From Torpedo marmorata (taxonomy: Eukaryota), in assembly GCA_977017645.1 (NCBI GenBank), contig OZ360239.1, forward strand, positions 10,912,001 to 10,976,000: a DNA stretch of 64,000 nucleotides, written 5' to 3'. The notes beneath the pieces are model-generated. The model was given only the letters and a program-made list of their open reading frames with translations. It did no database searches and had not been told where the DNA came from. Position numbers and translations under genes: made by a program. Positions 1 through 12,261 of this stretch are shown here, piece by piece; positions within the stretch are counted from its first letter, which is position 1, and every line of letters starts with the position of its first letter.

Positions 1-56
1 GACGACATCGATGTTGTCCTCCTGGGGAGCTGTCGGACCAACAATGTGGTGCCTTG

Positions 57-1140
57 AGCTGACTGTAGTGTGTGGTCCGACCGTGAGCTGTCTGTAGTGT
101 GTGGTCTGGGCCGTGAGCTGTCTGTAGTGTGTGGTCCGACCGTGAGCTGTCTGTAGTATGTGGCCCGACCGTGAGCTGTCCATAGTGTGTGGTCCGACCG
201 TGAGCTGTCTGTAGTGTGTGGTCTGGGCCGTGAGCTGTCTGTAGTGTGTGGTCCGACCATGAGCTGTCTGTAGTATGTGGCCCGACCGTGAGCTGTCTGT
301 AGTATGTGGTCCGACCGTGAGCTGTCTGTAGTGTGTGGCCCGACCGTGAGCTGTCTGTAGTATGTGGTCCGACCGTGAGCTGTCTGTAGTATGTGGTCCG
401 ACCGTGAGCTGTCTGTAGTGTGTGGTCCGACCGTGAGCTGTCTGTAGTGTGTGGTCTGGGCCGTGAGCTGTCTGTAGTGTGTGGTCTGACCGTGAGCTGT
501 CTGTAGTGTGTGATCTGGGCCGTGAGCTGCCTATAGTGTGTGGTCTGGGCCGTGAGCTGTCTGTAGTGTGTGGTCTGGGCCGTGAGCTGTCTGTAGTGTG
601 TGGTCTGGGCCGTGAGCTGTCTGTAGTGTGGGGTCTGGGCCGTGAGCTGTCTGTAGTGTGTGGTCTGCGCCGTGAGTTGTCTGTAGTGTGTGGCCTGGGC
701 CGTGAGTTGTCTGTAGTTTGTGGTTTGCGCGGTGAGTTGTCTGTAGTTTGTGGTCCGACCGTGAGTTGTCTGTAGTGTGTGGTCTGCGCCGTGAGTTATC
801 TGTAGTTTGTGGTCCGACCGTGAGTTGTCTGTAGTTTGTGGTCTGCGCACTGAGTTGTCTGTTGTGTGTGGTCTGGGCCGTGAGTTGTCTGTAGTTTGTG
901 GTCTGCACCGTGCGCTGTCTGTAGTGTGTGTTCCGACCGTGAGTTGTCTGTAGTTTGTGGTCTGCACCGTGAGCTGTCTGTAGTGTGTGGTCCGACCGTG
1001 AGTTGTCTGTAGTTTGTGGTCTGCACCGTGAGCTGTCTGTAGTGTGTGGTCCGACCGTGAGTTGTCTGTAGTTTGTGGTCCGACCGTGAGTTGTCTGTAG
1101 TTTGTGGTCTGACCGTGAGCTGTCTGTAGTGTGTGCTCTG
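57..1140. repeat. Minisatellite with mixed 29/30-bp units (GTGAGCTGTCTGTAGTGTGTGGTC-CGACC/TGGGCC), about 36 copies
   Basis: Head-to-tail units with no unique spacers; sequence variants grade along the array. Confidence 0.95.
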
Positions 1141-1461
1141 GGCCATGACAGTCACCCCCGAACCCATAGAGCCAGCGTGGAATGAAGTCATCGATCCCGT
1201 GGCCAGCTCAGGAGGGGAAAGCAGTCCCGTGACTCAGCCTGTAGTAACAGTGCCACATAACTCACTGTAGTGACAGAGTCACAATGATTTACACTGTTGG
1301 AATAGTGTACACCACTCACTACAGTGACACAGTTACACCACTCACTACAGTGACACAGTTCACTTTAGAGACACAGTTCACATAACTCACAATAGTGACG
1401 GTCACATGGCGCTCTATCATGGCACCAAGTCACGTGATTCACTCAACATTCTCACATTATC

Positions 1462-3690
1462 TGCTGAAAAGGCTTTTGATAGATTAGAGTGGAATTTTTT
1501 ATTTAAGGTATTGGAGAAATTTGGTTTCGGAACTACATTTATTAATTGGATTAAAACTATATATAAAGAACCATCTGCTAAAGTAATTACAAATGGACAA
1601 ATTTCTTCAAGATTTCCCCTGACTAGATCTACTAGACAAGGATGTCCTTTGTCACCAGCGTTATTTACTTTAGCGATAGAACCTTTGGTAGAATTAGTTA
1701 GAAAAGATGTTAAAATTGTAGGTATCAAAGTTGGAACGGAAGAACATAAAATTAGTTTATTTGCAGATGATGTATTGATATATATGACAAAATCTACTAC
1801 ATCTTTAATACAACTGTCTGCGTTATTGAGAGAATATGGGGAAATATCTGGATATAAAATTAACTCTGATAAAAGTGAAATTATGGCATTATCACAAGGG
1901 GATTATAGTAAGTGTAAAGAAATTACACAATTTAAATGGGCAAAAGAAGGAATTAAATATTTGGGAATAAAGATTGATACAAAATTGGATAATTTATATA
2001 AATTAAATTATCTACCATTGTTTATGAAAATTAAAAAAGATTTAGAAAATTGGAAAGATTTACCTATAACTTTAATGGGAAGGGTAAATTGTATTAAAAT
2101 GAATGTTTTTCCAAGAATTCAATATCTTTTTCAATCAATTCCTTATGAAATTCCTCAAACATTTTTTAAAGATTTAAATTCAATTATTAGGAAGTTTTTA
2201 TGGAAAGGAAAGTTGGCAAGGGTAGGTATAGAAAAATTAACTTGGAATTATGAAATGGGTGGTTTACAACTTCCTAATTTTCAAAATTATTATAAAGCAG
2301 CTCAATTAAAATGTATTAATGAATTTTTTGATTTAACTAAATCTTCTGCTTGGATTAGAATAGAATTAAATAATATAGGAGAAGAATCTAAAGAAGAAGT
2401 TATTTATAAATGGGATTCTAAATTAATATCAACAAGAAGAAAAAATTCTCCTATTCTTAAACATCTGTTAGAAATATGGAACAAGACGGATAAGGAAATA
2501 GGAGGAAAAGGAACGATTTCTCCAAAGATGCCTTTATATCAAAATGAACTTATTCCATTTACTATTAATAATCAATTATTTAAAATTTGGTTTAAAGAAG
2601 GAATTAAGAAAATAAATGACTGTTTTGAAGCTGGGAAATTTATTACTTTTCAAAGAATGAAAGATAAATTCAATATATTGGATAATACACTTTTTGCTTA
2701 TTATCAAATTAGAGCATTTTTGGTTGGGAAATTAGGTTATAGTTTGATCTTACCAAGACAGAATGAATTAGAATTATTAGTTACTAAAGGAGATGTAAAT
2801 AAATTTATTTCTCAAATGTATAAATTGTTTCAGAGAAAAATTCCTAAAGTAGGAATTCATAAATCAAGATTAAAGTGGGAATTAGATTTGAATGTAATAA
2901 TAGATGAAAATCATTGGAAAGTATTATGTAAATTAAGTATGACGAAGATTATTAATGTTAGATATAGATTAGTACAATACAATTTTTTTCATCAATTATA
3001 TTTAACACCTAAAAAATTAAAGAAATTTAATCCGACACTATCAGGTTTATGTTTTAGATGTAATAAAGAGGAAGGTTCTTTTGTACATTCTACATGATTT
3101 TGTCCAAAAGTTTATGATTTTTGGTTGAAAGTTAAAAAATTTTTAGATAAAGTATTTAAGATTATATTCCCAATGGACCCTATGATATTTTTGTTTGGAG
3201 ATATTAAAAAACTTAGTATTAAGATGAAATTAAATATGTATCAAATAGAATTTCTGCGAATTGCTTTAGCTGTTTCAAAGAAATGTATTGCTATTGGAAA
3301 TCTGATTTAGATTTAGGGTTAGAAAGATGGCATGCGGAACTTCGTTCATGTATACCACTTGAAAAAATTACTTATAATTTACGTAATAAGTATCATTTCT
3401 TTTTAAAAATTTGGAGCCCATATATGAAAGTTGTTGGTTTAAGGATCTGAAGATCTCTGGACATCGGATCTACTGGCGAACCTAACCTCCATAATAGAAT
3501 TCGTTTATAGATGTATTTTTTTAGATTGACATTCTCCTTACTCTATCTTTTTCTTTCTTTTATTTTATTTTATTAGATTAGTAGGGATGGGAGGGTTAGA
3601 GAGGGGAGGGTGAAAATGTATCACAAGTATTTTGATAATTTTATATTTTACCTTATGTATTTTGTGATTTAAATAAAATATTTTAAAAAA
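1462..3690 (+). mobile_element. 5'-truncated L1-clade LINE (ORF2 RT C-terminal half, CCHC region, 3' UTR)
   Basis: ORF 1406-3097 has AEKAFD, RQGCPLSP, LFADD and CFRC..H motifs; nonsense codon at 3095-3097; AATAAA at 3672-3677 and an A tail; 17-bp TSD AACATTCTCACATTATC at 1445-1461 and 3691-3707. Confidence 0.95.
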
Positions 3691-4164
3691 AACATTCTCA
3701 CATTATCGTGATTCCATATCACGATTCACAAGATTGTGTCACATGACTCCCACTTTAGCGATACAGTGTCTCCTGACACCCTCGAGTGACAGTGTTTTGT
3801 GACTCTCGGTAGTAGTGTCACATGACTCATTTAACAGTGTCACGTGATTCCTTACCGTGATACAATCACGCTGTTCACTCTGTTGTGAAGTGGTACCGAT
3901 TTTTAAAAAATCTCCTCCTGGGACTAGGGGAGTCTGAAGAATCCCCTGCTGCCCCACTGGAACCCCTGGAGTCCGGGTGAAGGAGCTCCCACGGTGCTGT
4001 TGGGGAAGAGGTCGTGGGTGACGTGTTCCCAATCAGGATGGTGTACAACCTGGGGGTGGTCTTCCCTCCTGTGTCCTTCTCAGTGAGGTCACGGGTGTGG
4101 GAGGCGCTGACAGAGGGACTTGGGTGAGGAACCGGCGGGTATCCTGTAGGCAGATCACACTGTG

Positions 4165-4435
4165 GGGATGTGGCAGAGGAAGGGAGGGAGGGATAAGAGG
4201 AACAGGGGAGGGAGAGAGGGTGGGAGGGAAGGAGGGAGGGAGGGACTGACTGAGGGAGGGATGAAGGGAACAAGGGAGGGAGGGATGGAGGGAGGGAGGG
4301 AGGAGGGGGGAGAAGAGAGGGAGAGCAGGAGAAGTGAGGGAGGGAGGGGAGGGAAGGAGAGATGGAGGGGAGGTTGGGATAGAGGAAGGAAGAGACGGGG
4401 ACAGAAGGACGGAGAGAGGGAGGGAGGGAGGGAGT
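4165..4435. repeat. Purine-rich (GGGA)n-like low-complexity tract
   Basis: Almost pure G/A on the plus strand. Confidence 0.85.
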
Positions 4436-4656
4436 GTTTTGCACTGCGTCTGCCTTGTCAGGTGAGTGTCCACAGCGATCGGGCTGATTTGAGGGGAATA
4501 GTGTCACGTGGCTGAGCCATGGATGGTGGACAGGCTCTGGGCTGCGGGGCTGAGGGAGACACTGATTACATGAGTCATGGGTTGGATTTGCTTTCTGATC
4601 CTTGTTCCCCAGAGAGGGTTCAGGGTGCGTCTGAGCCATGCCTGACCAACTGTTAC

Positions 4657-4764
4657 CTTCACTGCCAGAACTCTATTGCCTTTAGCAGCCTCCTGGTACT
4701 TCTCCTTCTTCAGGTCATCTGTGTCCATTTCAGTGCTGACCGCCTTACAGCTCCGGGGCTTCTG
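4657..4764 (-). CDS. ANKRD2: Probable ANKRD2 (MARP family) coding exon 2: QKPRSCKAVSTEMDTDDLKKEKYQEAAKGNRVLAVK
   Basis: Acceptor ctctcag|CAG (NAGNAG) and donor AAG|gtaaca; 108 bp, phase 0/0, in frame with exon 1; weak resemblance to the ANKRD1/2 N-terminus (EK..EA, ending VK). No ankyrin repeats are seen in the window. Confidence 0.5.
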
Positions 4765-5149
4765 CTGAGAGTGTCGAGGGAACCAAAGGTTGGTTAGGAT
4801 GCGGAAGCCTTTACCTCCATATCAGTCCCCTCTATTCCAGTCATGGAGTCGATGGAGTCACAGAGCACAGAACAGGCCCTTCGGCCCATCTTGTTCGTGC
4901 CCACCGTTGCCATTCCGGGCTAATCCCATTGACCTGCATTTGGTTAAGAGCCTCCGAAACCCTTCCTCTCCATGCACCTGTCCACGTGCCTTTAGAACAT
5001 TCCCTCATTTCCTCTGGCACGTCGTTCCAGACTCGTAGTGTCACAGAGTGGTAGCGCACAGAGAGAGGCCACACAGCCCATCATGATCGATGCCAATCAA
5101 ACGGATGAGCGGATCATCCAACACAAAGCAGCCTGGGTGGTTTGGGAGT

Positions 5150-5735
5150 AAAAACACAAAGCTGGAGAAACTCAGCTGGTCAAACAGTGAACTTTATATA
5201 GCAAAGATAAAGATACATAACCAACGTATCGGGCTTGAGCCCTTCATCAAGGTATGACAAAATGTAGGCAGGCGCCCGGACAAAATGGTGGGGGGAGGGG
5301 CAGGGGAGGAGCGCGGTCCCACAGGCAGGAGGTAATAGGTGGATAAGGGAGGGAGGGCACAGCAGCAAACAGGGGGAGGGGGATGGCTCTGTGAATGGAG
5401 AGGGAAGGGGGTGGAGAGCTGGAGGAAAGAAGACAGAGGGATGGGGAAGGGAGGGAGAACGGGGAGTGGTCTAGCAGAAACCGGAGAAGTCGATGTTAAT
5501 GCCATCCAGTCGGAGAGTGCCCAGATGGAAAATTAAATGTTGCTCCTCCAATTTACGGGTGGTCTAGGTTTGATAGTGCATGAGGCCATGGGCAGACATG
5601 TCAGCATGGGAGTGGGGCGCGGAATTGAAATGGTTGGCCACTGGGAGGTCCCTGTCACTGATGTGGACAGAGCGAAGGTGCTTAGCGAAGCGATCTTCCA
5701 ATCTGCGTCCAGTCTCTCCGATGTAGAGCAATGTG
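5150..5735 (-). mobile_element. Penelope-like element 3' fragment (GIY-YIG endonuclease remnant plus hammerhead-bearing tail)
   Basis: ORF 5564-5803 LYIGETGRRLEDRFAKH..PVANHFN; tail motif TTGATGAAGGGCTCAAGCCCGATACGTTGG at 5221-5250 (minus). Confidence 0.85.
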
Positions 5736-6249
5736 GGTGGTCTGAGAGTCCCTGTGCATGGTTCACTACAGGTACAACAAGTCATTACAAAAGCTAACAA
5801 CATCGTTTACTGCAAGGGGACTAGGATACAGAAGCGGGGAGGTTATGCTTCAGTTACATGGGGCTTTAGTGAGTCCACATCTGGAGTCTCTTCATTTCAG
5901 GAAGGATGTCAGTGTATTGAGAGCAGCCAAGGAAGGTTCACCAGATGAGAGGGAGTGCCTTAAGTTTGTACAGACCGTACTTGGAGGCACAGGAAAGACT
6001 CCTGGTACTGGAACCTGCAGCTATGCAGGTGAATAAAGTCACAGTAAGGTAAATAGTTGCAGTCTTTATCCCGGGCTAGGGCTGTCGAAAGCTTAGAGGG
6101 AATTTAGGGTGAGGGGGGAATGATTTACAAAGGACTTGAGGGGCAGGTTTTTCACACAGAGGGTGGTTGGATATGGGAACAAGCTGCCAGCGGAAGTGGG
6201 AGAGGCAGGTACCACGGTGAACTTTAAAAGAGGTTTGGACAGGTCCATG

Positions 6250-8038
6250 ATGGAATGAAGGTGGGGCCGCTAAAGGATAAAGGAGGCAACATGTGCCTGG
6301 AGGCAGAGGAGGTTGGGGAGGTCCTAAATGAATACTTTGCTTCAGTATTCACAAGAGAAAAGGACCTTGATCAGGGTGAGGTCGAAATTGAACAGGCCTG
6401 TGTGCTGGACAATGTGGAGATTAAGGAAGTGGAAGTGTTGGATCTTCTTAGAAACATCAAGATTGATAAGTCCTTGGGGCTGGACGCAATATACCCCAGG
6501 CTGCTGTGGGAAGTGAGGGAAGAGATAGCTGGGGCAGTAGCTATGATATTTGAATCCTCTTTGGCCGCAGGGGAGATACCGGAGGATTGGAGAATGGCAA
6601 ATGTAGTCCCCTTGTTTACAAAAGGTAATAGGGAGAATCCTGGGAATTATAGACTGGTGAGTCTTACGTCAGTGGTGTGTAAACTAATGGAGAGGATTCT
6701 TCAGGATAGGATTTATGAGCATTTGGAAAAGTACAGTCTACTCAAGGATAGTCAGCATGGCTTTGTGAAGGGAAGGTCATGCCTCACGAGCCTAATTGAG
6801 TTTTCTGAGGAGGTAACAAAAGAAATTGATGAGGGTAGGGCGGTAGATGTGGTTTACATGGATTTTAGCAAGGCATTTGACAAGGTCCCCCACGAGAGAG
6901 TCATCCAGAAAGTCATGAGGTACGGGATCAGTGGAACCTTGGCTGTGTGGATAAAAAATTGGCTTGTAGGAAGAAAGCAGAGAGTAGTAGTGGAAGGAAA
7001 GTATTCTGCCTGGAGGTCGGTGACTAGTGGAGTGCCGCAACTATCTGTTCTGGGACCCCTGCTCTTTGTGATTTTTATAAATGACCTGGATGAAGAGGCG
7101 GAAGGATGGGTCAGTAAGTTTGCGGATGACACGAAGGTTGGAGGAGTTGTGGATGGAACTGAAGGTTGTCGAAGGTTACAAGAGGATATAGACAGGATGC
7201 AGAGTTGGGCAGAAAAGTGGCAGATATAGTTTAATCCAGATAAGTGTGAGGTGATGCATTTTGGAAAGACAAACCAGAAGGTTGAGTACAGGGTTAATGG
7301 TCGGTTACTTAGGAGTGTGGATGAACAGAGAGACCTTGGGGTTCAAATCCATACATCCCTCAAGGTCGCTGCACAGGTTGATAGGATAGTTAAGAAGGCC
7401 TATGGGATACTGGGCTTCATTAATAGGGGGATTGAGTTCAAGAGTAGAGAGGTCATGTTGCAACTCTACAAATCTCTGGTGAGACCACACTTAGAGTATT
7501 GTGTTCAGTTCTGGTCACCTCATTATAGGAAGGATGTGGAAGCTATGGAGAGGGTGCAGAGGAGAGTTTCCAGGATGTTGCCTGGATTGGAAAATAAGTC
7601 TTATGAGGCAAGGTTAGCAGAGCTGGGACTTTTCTCTATGGAGCGTAGAAGGATGAGAGGAGACTTGATAGAGGTCGACAAGATTATGAGAGGCATAGAT
7701 AGGGTGGACAGTCAGCACCTGTTTCCCACGGCAGGATCAGCAAACACCGGAGAACATATGTACAAAGTTAAGGGAGGGAAGTTTAGGGGAGACATCAGGG
7801 GTAAGCTTTTTACACAGAGAGTTGTGGGTGTCTGGAATGTCTTGCCAGGGATGGTGGTGGAGGCTGGAACATTAGGGGCATTTAAGAGACTCTTAGACAG
7901 ACACATGGATGGAAGAAAAATAGAGGGTTATGGGGTAGGGAGGGTTTAGTACTTTTTTTTTTAGGAAGGAATATATGGGTCAGCACAACATCGAGGGCCG
8001 AAGGGCCTGTACTGTGCTGTATTGTTCTATGTTCTATA
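6250..8038 (+). mobile_element. CR1 LINE, 5'-truncated ORF2 and 3' UTR
   Basis: [26 protein letters not shown] and VRPHLEYCVQFWSP motifs; stop at 7227-7229; TTCTATG tail. Older CR1 debris lies at about 5735-6250. Confidence 0.95.
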
Positions 8039-8039
8039 T

Positions 8040-8492
8040 CAGTGTATTGACTGGTTACACCACAGCCTGGTTTGGGAATTTGACCGCCCAGGAACGCAGA
8101 AGGTTCCAGAAGGTAGCTAACACACCCAGGTCCATCATGGGCTCCGACCTCCTATCCATTGCAGACATCAACGTGAGGCACTGCCTCAAGAAGGCAGCCA
8201 ACATCATAAAGGATCACAACCTCTTCTCACTGCTCCCTTCAGGGAGAAGGTACAGAAGCCTGAAGACCAGCACCTCTAGGTTCAAGAACAGTTTTTAATC
8301 CAACAACCATCGGGCTCTTGAACCTCTCCTTGTTACACTAATCAGGGGCTGCTTCAACACCACAAAAGGACTGTCTGCACTATTGCAAAGTCACTTTGTT
8401 TGCACTGGGATTACTGTGAAGTACCTGTTTGGCTGCAGCAAGTAAGAATTTCAGTGTATATGTACATTGTACAATGTGTATGACAATAAACA
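8040..8492 (+). mobile_element. Rex1/Babar-type LINE 3' fragment
   Basis: LLPSGRRYRSLKTSTSRFKNSF C-terminus and GACAATAAA tail. Confidence 0.75.
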
Positions 8493-8617
8493 TTCCCGTG
8501 ATCAATATTTGTCTTTGCCACGTGGCTGTAGACCTTCTATAATAAACCCATGGACTGCCATGGGACCGCGGACCACTGCTTTACAAATACTGGTCGAGAG
8601 AGTTTTTTACAGGGAGG

Positions 8618-9810
8618 TGAAGAGGATGTAACAAAGAAGATAGATGAAGGTAGAGCGGTGGATGTGGTGTACATGGATTTCAGTAAGGTATTTGATAAGG
8701 TTCCCCATGCAAGGCTCATTCAGAAAGTAATGAGACATGGAATCCAAGGAGACCTTGCTTTGTGGATACAGAATTGGCTTGCCCAGAGAAGGCAGAGGGA
8801 GGTTGTAGATGGTTCGTATTCTGCATGGATGTCGGTGACCAGTGGTGGTCTGCAGGGATCTGTTCTGGGACCCCTCCTCTTTGTGATTTTTATAAATGAC
8901 CCGGATGAAGAAATGGAAGGTGGGTTAGTAAATTTGCAGATGACACGAAAGTGGGTGGTGTTGTGGGTAGTCTGGAGGGTTGCCAGAGATTACAGAGGGA
9001 TATTGATAGGATGCAGAGCTGGGCTGAGAAGTGGCAGATGGAGTTTAACCCAGAAAAGTGTGAATTTCGGTAGTTCAAATTTGAAGGCAGAATACAATGT
9101 TAATGGGAGGACTCTGAGCCGTGTGGACAAACTGAGATCTTGGGGTTAATGTCCACAGGACACTCAAAGCTGCTTCACAGGTTGATAGTGTTGTTAAGAA
9201 GACGTATGTTGGATTGGCCTTCATTAACCGTGGAATGTTACAGCTACAGTATACAAGACCTTGGTTAGACCCCACTTGGAATATTGTGTTCAGTTCTGGT
9301 CACCTCACTAGATGAAAGATGTGGATGCAATAGAGAGAGTGCAGAGGAGATTTACAAGGATGTTGCGTGGATTGGAGAGCATGCCTTATGAGGATAGGTT
9401 GAGTGAACTTGGAGCGACGGAGGATGAGGGGTGACCCGATAGAGGTGTACAAGATGATGAGAGGCATTGATCGTGTGGACGGCCAGAGGCTTTTTCCCAG
9501 GGGCTGAAATGGTTAACACGAGGAGGCAGAGTTTTAAGGTGCTTGGGAGTAAGTACAGGGGGGGGTGTAAGAGGTAGGTTCTTCATACAGAGAGTGGTGG
9601 GTGCATGGAATGCGCTGCCGGCAGCGGTGGTGGAGGCTGGTACAATAGGATCTTTTAAGAGACTATTAGATAGGTGGATGAACAGAGTAAAATGGAGGGT
9701 GATGCAGCAGGGAAATTCTAAGCAGTTGGTAGAGAATGTTATTATGTTAGCACAACACTGTGGGCCGAAGGACCTGTACTGTGCTGGAGATTTCTGTTTT
9801 ATGTTCTTCC
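8618..9810 (+). mobile_element. Degenerate CR1 LINE 3' fragment
   Basis: YMDFSKVFD and QGSVLGP motifs with several frameshifts. Confidence 0.9.
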
Positions 9811-10084
9811 TCTTGTGAGGGAATCCAGAATGATAACAAGTTTATTGTCATACACATTGTACAATGTACACATCCACTGAAATTCTTACTTGCTGCAGCC
9901 GAACAGGTACTTCATGAAAAAACAACAAATTAAGTTGAAAATAGATAATAAATACAAAAGATAGATAGATAATAAATATTCACAGTTTCCATAGTGCAGG
10001 GGAAAAAAGTGGCATTACAACAGTGCAGCGTTTTTGTGGTGTCAGAGTATTTTGTAATTAGTACAGAGGAGACAACCCTAGAGG

Positions 10085-10700
10085 ACAGTGACCACGGCGG
10101 CGGACCAGCGAGGGGCTCAGAGGGTGAAGGGCCCTACATGATGGTGTCCACGGCAGCGGACCAGCGAGGGGCTCAGAGGGTGAAGGGCCCTACATGATGG
10201 TGTCCACGGCAGCGGACCAGCGAGGGGCTCAGAGGGTGAAGGGCCCTACATGATGGTGTCCACGGCAGCGGACCAGTGAGGGGCTCAGTGGCTGAGAGAC
10301 CGACACAGGTTGCCGGTGACTTGCTGTTGAGGGACCTGTACAGGTTACGGGCTGCTGGAGTCTGGCCCCTGGGAACCAGGTATCGGAGCTGGGATTCAAG
10401 AGGGAGGGTAAGAATGGCTCCCGAAGAGCCTTAGCGCTGAAGGCTTCCTGATCGTGTCGGAGGTTTGTATCTGGAGCTCGGGTTGCCGATGGATCGAACA
10501 GGAGTCTGTGCGGCTGCAGAGGCTGCGGGAGCGCTGGAGGCGAATCCACGGACACTCAGTGACTGAAGGGACTCTCTTTTGCTTCTCTTTCTCTTGTACT
10601 GTAAGGGGCGCCGGGCGACACCTTACGGCAGGCAGAAGGCAATTTCGTGTAATATTACATGTTCTGTACAATTACACATGACAATAAAAGAATCTTGATT
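10085..10700 (+). mobile_element. Non-coding GC-rich SINE-like element (same family as 25062-25880) with an internal ~56-bp tandem amplification at 10085-10290
   Basis: Shares GACCACGGCGGCGGAC..GAGGGGCTC, CTGGAGCTCGGGTTGCCGATGG and the ATGACAATAAA/TCTTGA tail with the 25 kb copy. Confidence 0.75.
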
Positions 10701-12261
10701 CTAGTGCGGGGAGGTTCAAGAGCCTGACAGCTGTTGAAAAAAAACACCGAGTGTCCATGGATTCGCCTCCAGCGCTCCCGCAGCCTCTGCAGCCGCACAG
10801 ACTCCTGTTCGATCCATCGGCAACCCGAGCTACAGATACAAACCTCCGACACGATCAGGAAGCCTTCAGCGCCCGCGAGGCCCTTCGGGAGCCCTTATTG
10901 CCCTCCCTCTTGAATCCCAGCTCCGATACCTGGTTCCCAGGGGCCAGTGTCCAGCAGCCCGCAGTCCGTGTGGGTCCCCCGACCGCAAGTCGCCCGCAGC
11001 CCGTGTGGATTCTTACTTTTGTATTTGCTTCCACCACTACCCCTGCCAGCCCATTCCAGGCACCTGCTGCCCTCTGCACATCTCCCTTAAACTTCCTCCC
11101 TCTCAAAAGCATGTCCTCTAACAGGTGATATTTTTACCCTGGGGAAAAGACTGACTGTGCACCCTAACAGCACTTCTCATGATTTTATAAACCTCCCTCA
11201 GGTCTCCCCTCAGCAGCCAATGCCCCAGAGATAACAACCCAAGTTTGTCTGACCTCTCCCCATAGTTCATACCCTCTTATCCAGGCAACATCCTGGGACA
11301 CCACTTCCAAATACCCCACATCCTTTCTATAATGAGATGACAATGGAATTGCTCTCAGTATTCCACAATACTTTAACGCAGAGTTAGAAAGATTAAATTT
11401 GGGGGTGGGGGAGGGGTGAGGGGGGTGTGACAGGTTATCGAGGGTAGACAGGGAATGCAGAGCTGATGTTATAACCCAATCAGCCTCGATGCTGGAACTG
11501 GCTAGAGGGTCTGAATGGCCTGATCCCTGCCCCTAATGCCTACGTTCCTCCGCTGTGTCAGCCTATCGAGTCAAACAAGAAAGTCTGCAGACGTTGGGGT
11601 CAAGTGCAATACACAAATGTGCTGGAGAAACTCAGCAGGTCACACAGCATCCATAGGGAGTAAAGCATCACCAACATTTCGGGCCTGGGCCTTTCGTCAG
11701 GTATAATAAAAAAAAACAAATGAGAAAAAAAAGCTTTTTTTCTTATACCTGACGAAGGGCTCAGTCCCAAAACGTTGGTTCCGTTTACTTCCCATAGATG
11801 CTGCGTGACCTGCTGAGTTTCTCCAGCACGTTTGTGTGTTGCAGCCTGTTGAATCTGTCCTATATTTATTCATACCTTGAAGAAGGGCTCAGGCCCGAAA
11901 CGTCAGTAATATATCTTTACCTCCTGTAGACAGCCGCTCCCATCGGCTGCTCTGCACCCGCTGCAATCGCGTTACAGCCACCGTACTTGCAACTGCGCAT
12001 GCGCGAGCTCGGTGAGGGCGGGTTAGTTTAAATCGAGTACTTGCAGAGAGCAGACGCCCGCCTGCTGGGCTCTCTCTCTCTCTCCCTCTATGGCTATGTT
12101 CAGTAAACTGTTTGGTTAACATCACCTGCCGACTCGTCTCGTTACTCAGCACGTACAAGAATAAACATGGTGTCAGAAGCGGGATCGCCAGCGTCCCAAG
12201 CCTGAAGCCTTCCAATCGGTCGCAGTGAGTAACCAGAACCACGTTTGTAACAGTCGCCAAA

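Noticed and set aside
1-29. Possible start of ANKRD2 exon 3 (LPRRTTSMS after gacag, minus)
   Set aside because: Weak acceptor and only 29 bp visible; cannot be supported from this window.
57-1140. CRISPR-like array (repeat length about 30 bp)
   Set aside because: Units are contiguous with no unique spacers, there are no cas genes, and the context is vertebrate.
479-1191. Repetitive ORFs (GRELSVVCGL / QTAHGPDHTL)
   Set aside because: Products of the minisatellite; mixed 29/30-bp units break the frame.
1140-1238. In-frame TGA (1208-1210, minus) followed by an open frame, suggesting selenocysteine or readthrough
   Set aside because: No SECIS is visible, the frame runs into a frameshifting minisatellite, and the exon itself is unproven.
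1406-3097. 563-aa ORF as a host or domesticated RT gene
   Set aside because: The start codon lies in flanking DNA upstream of the TSD; it is a truncated L1 with a nonsense codon and a near-identical paralog at 26.5-30 kb.
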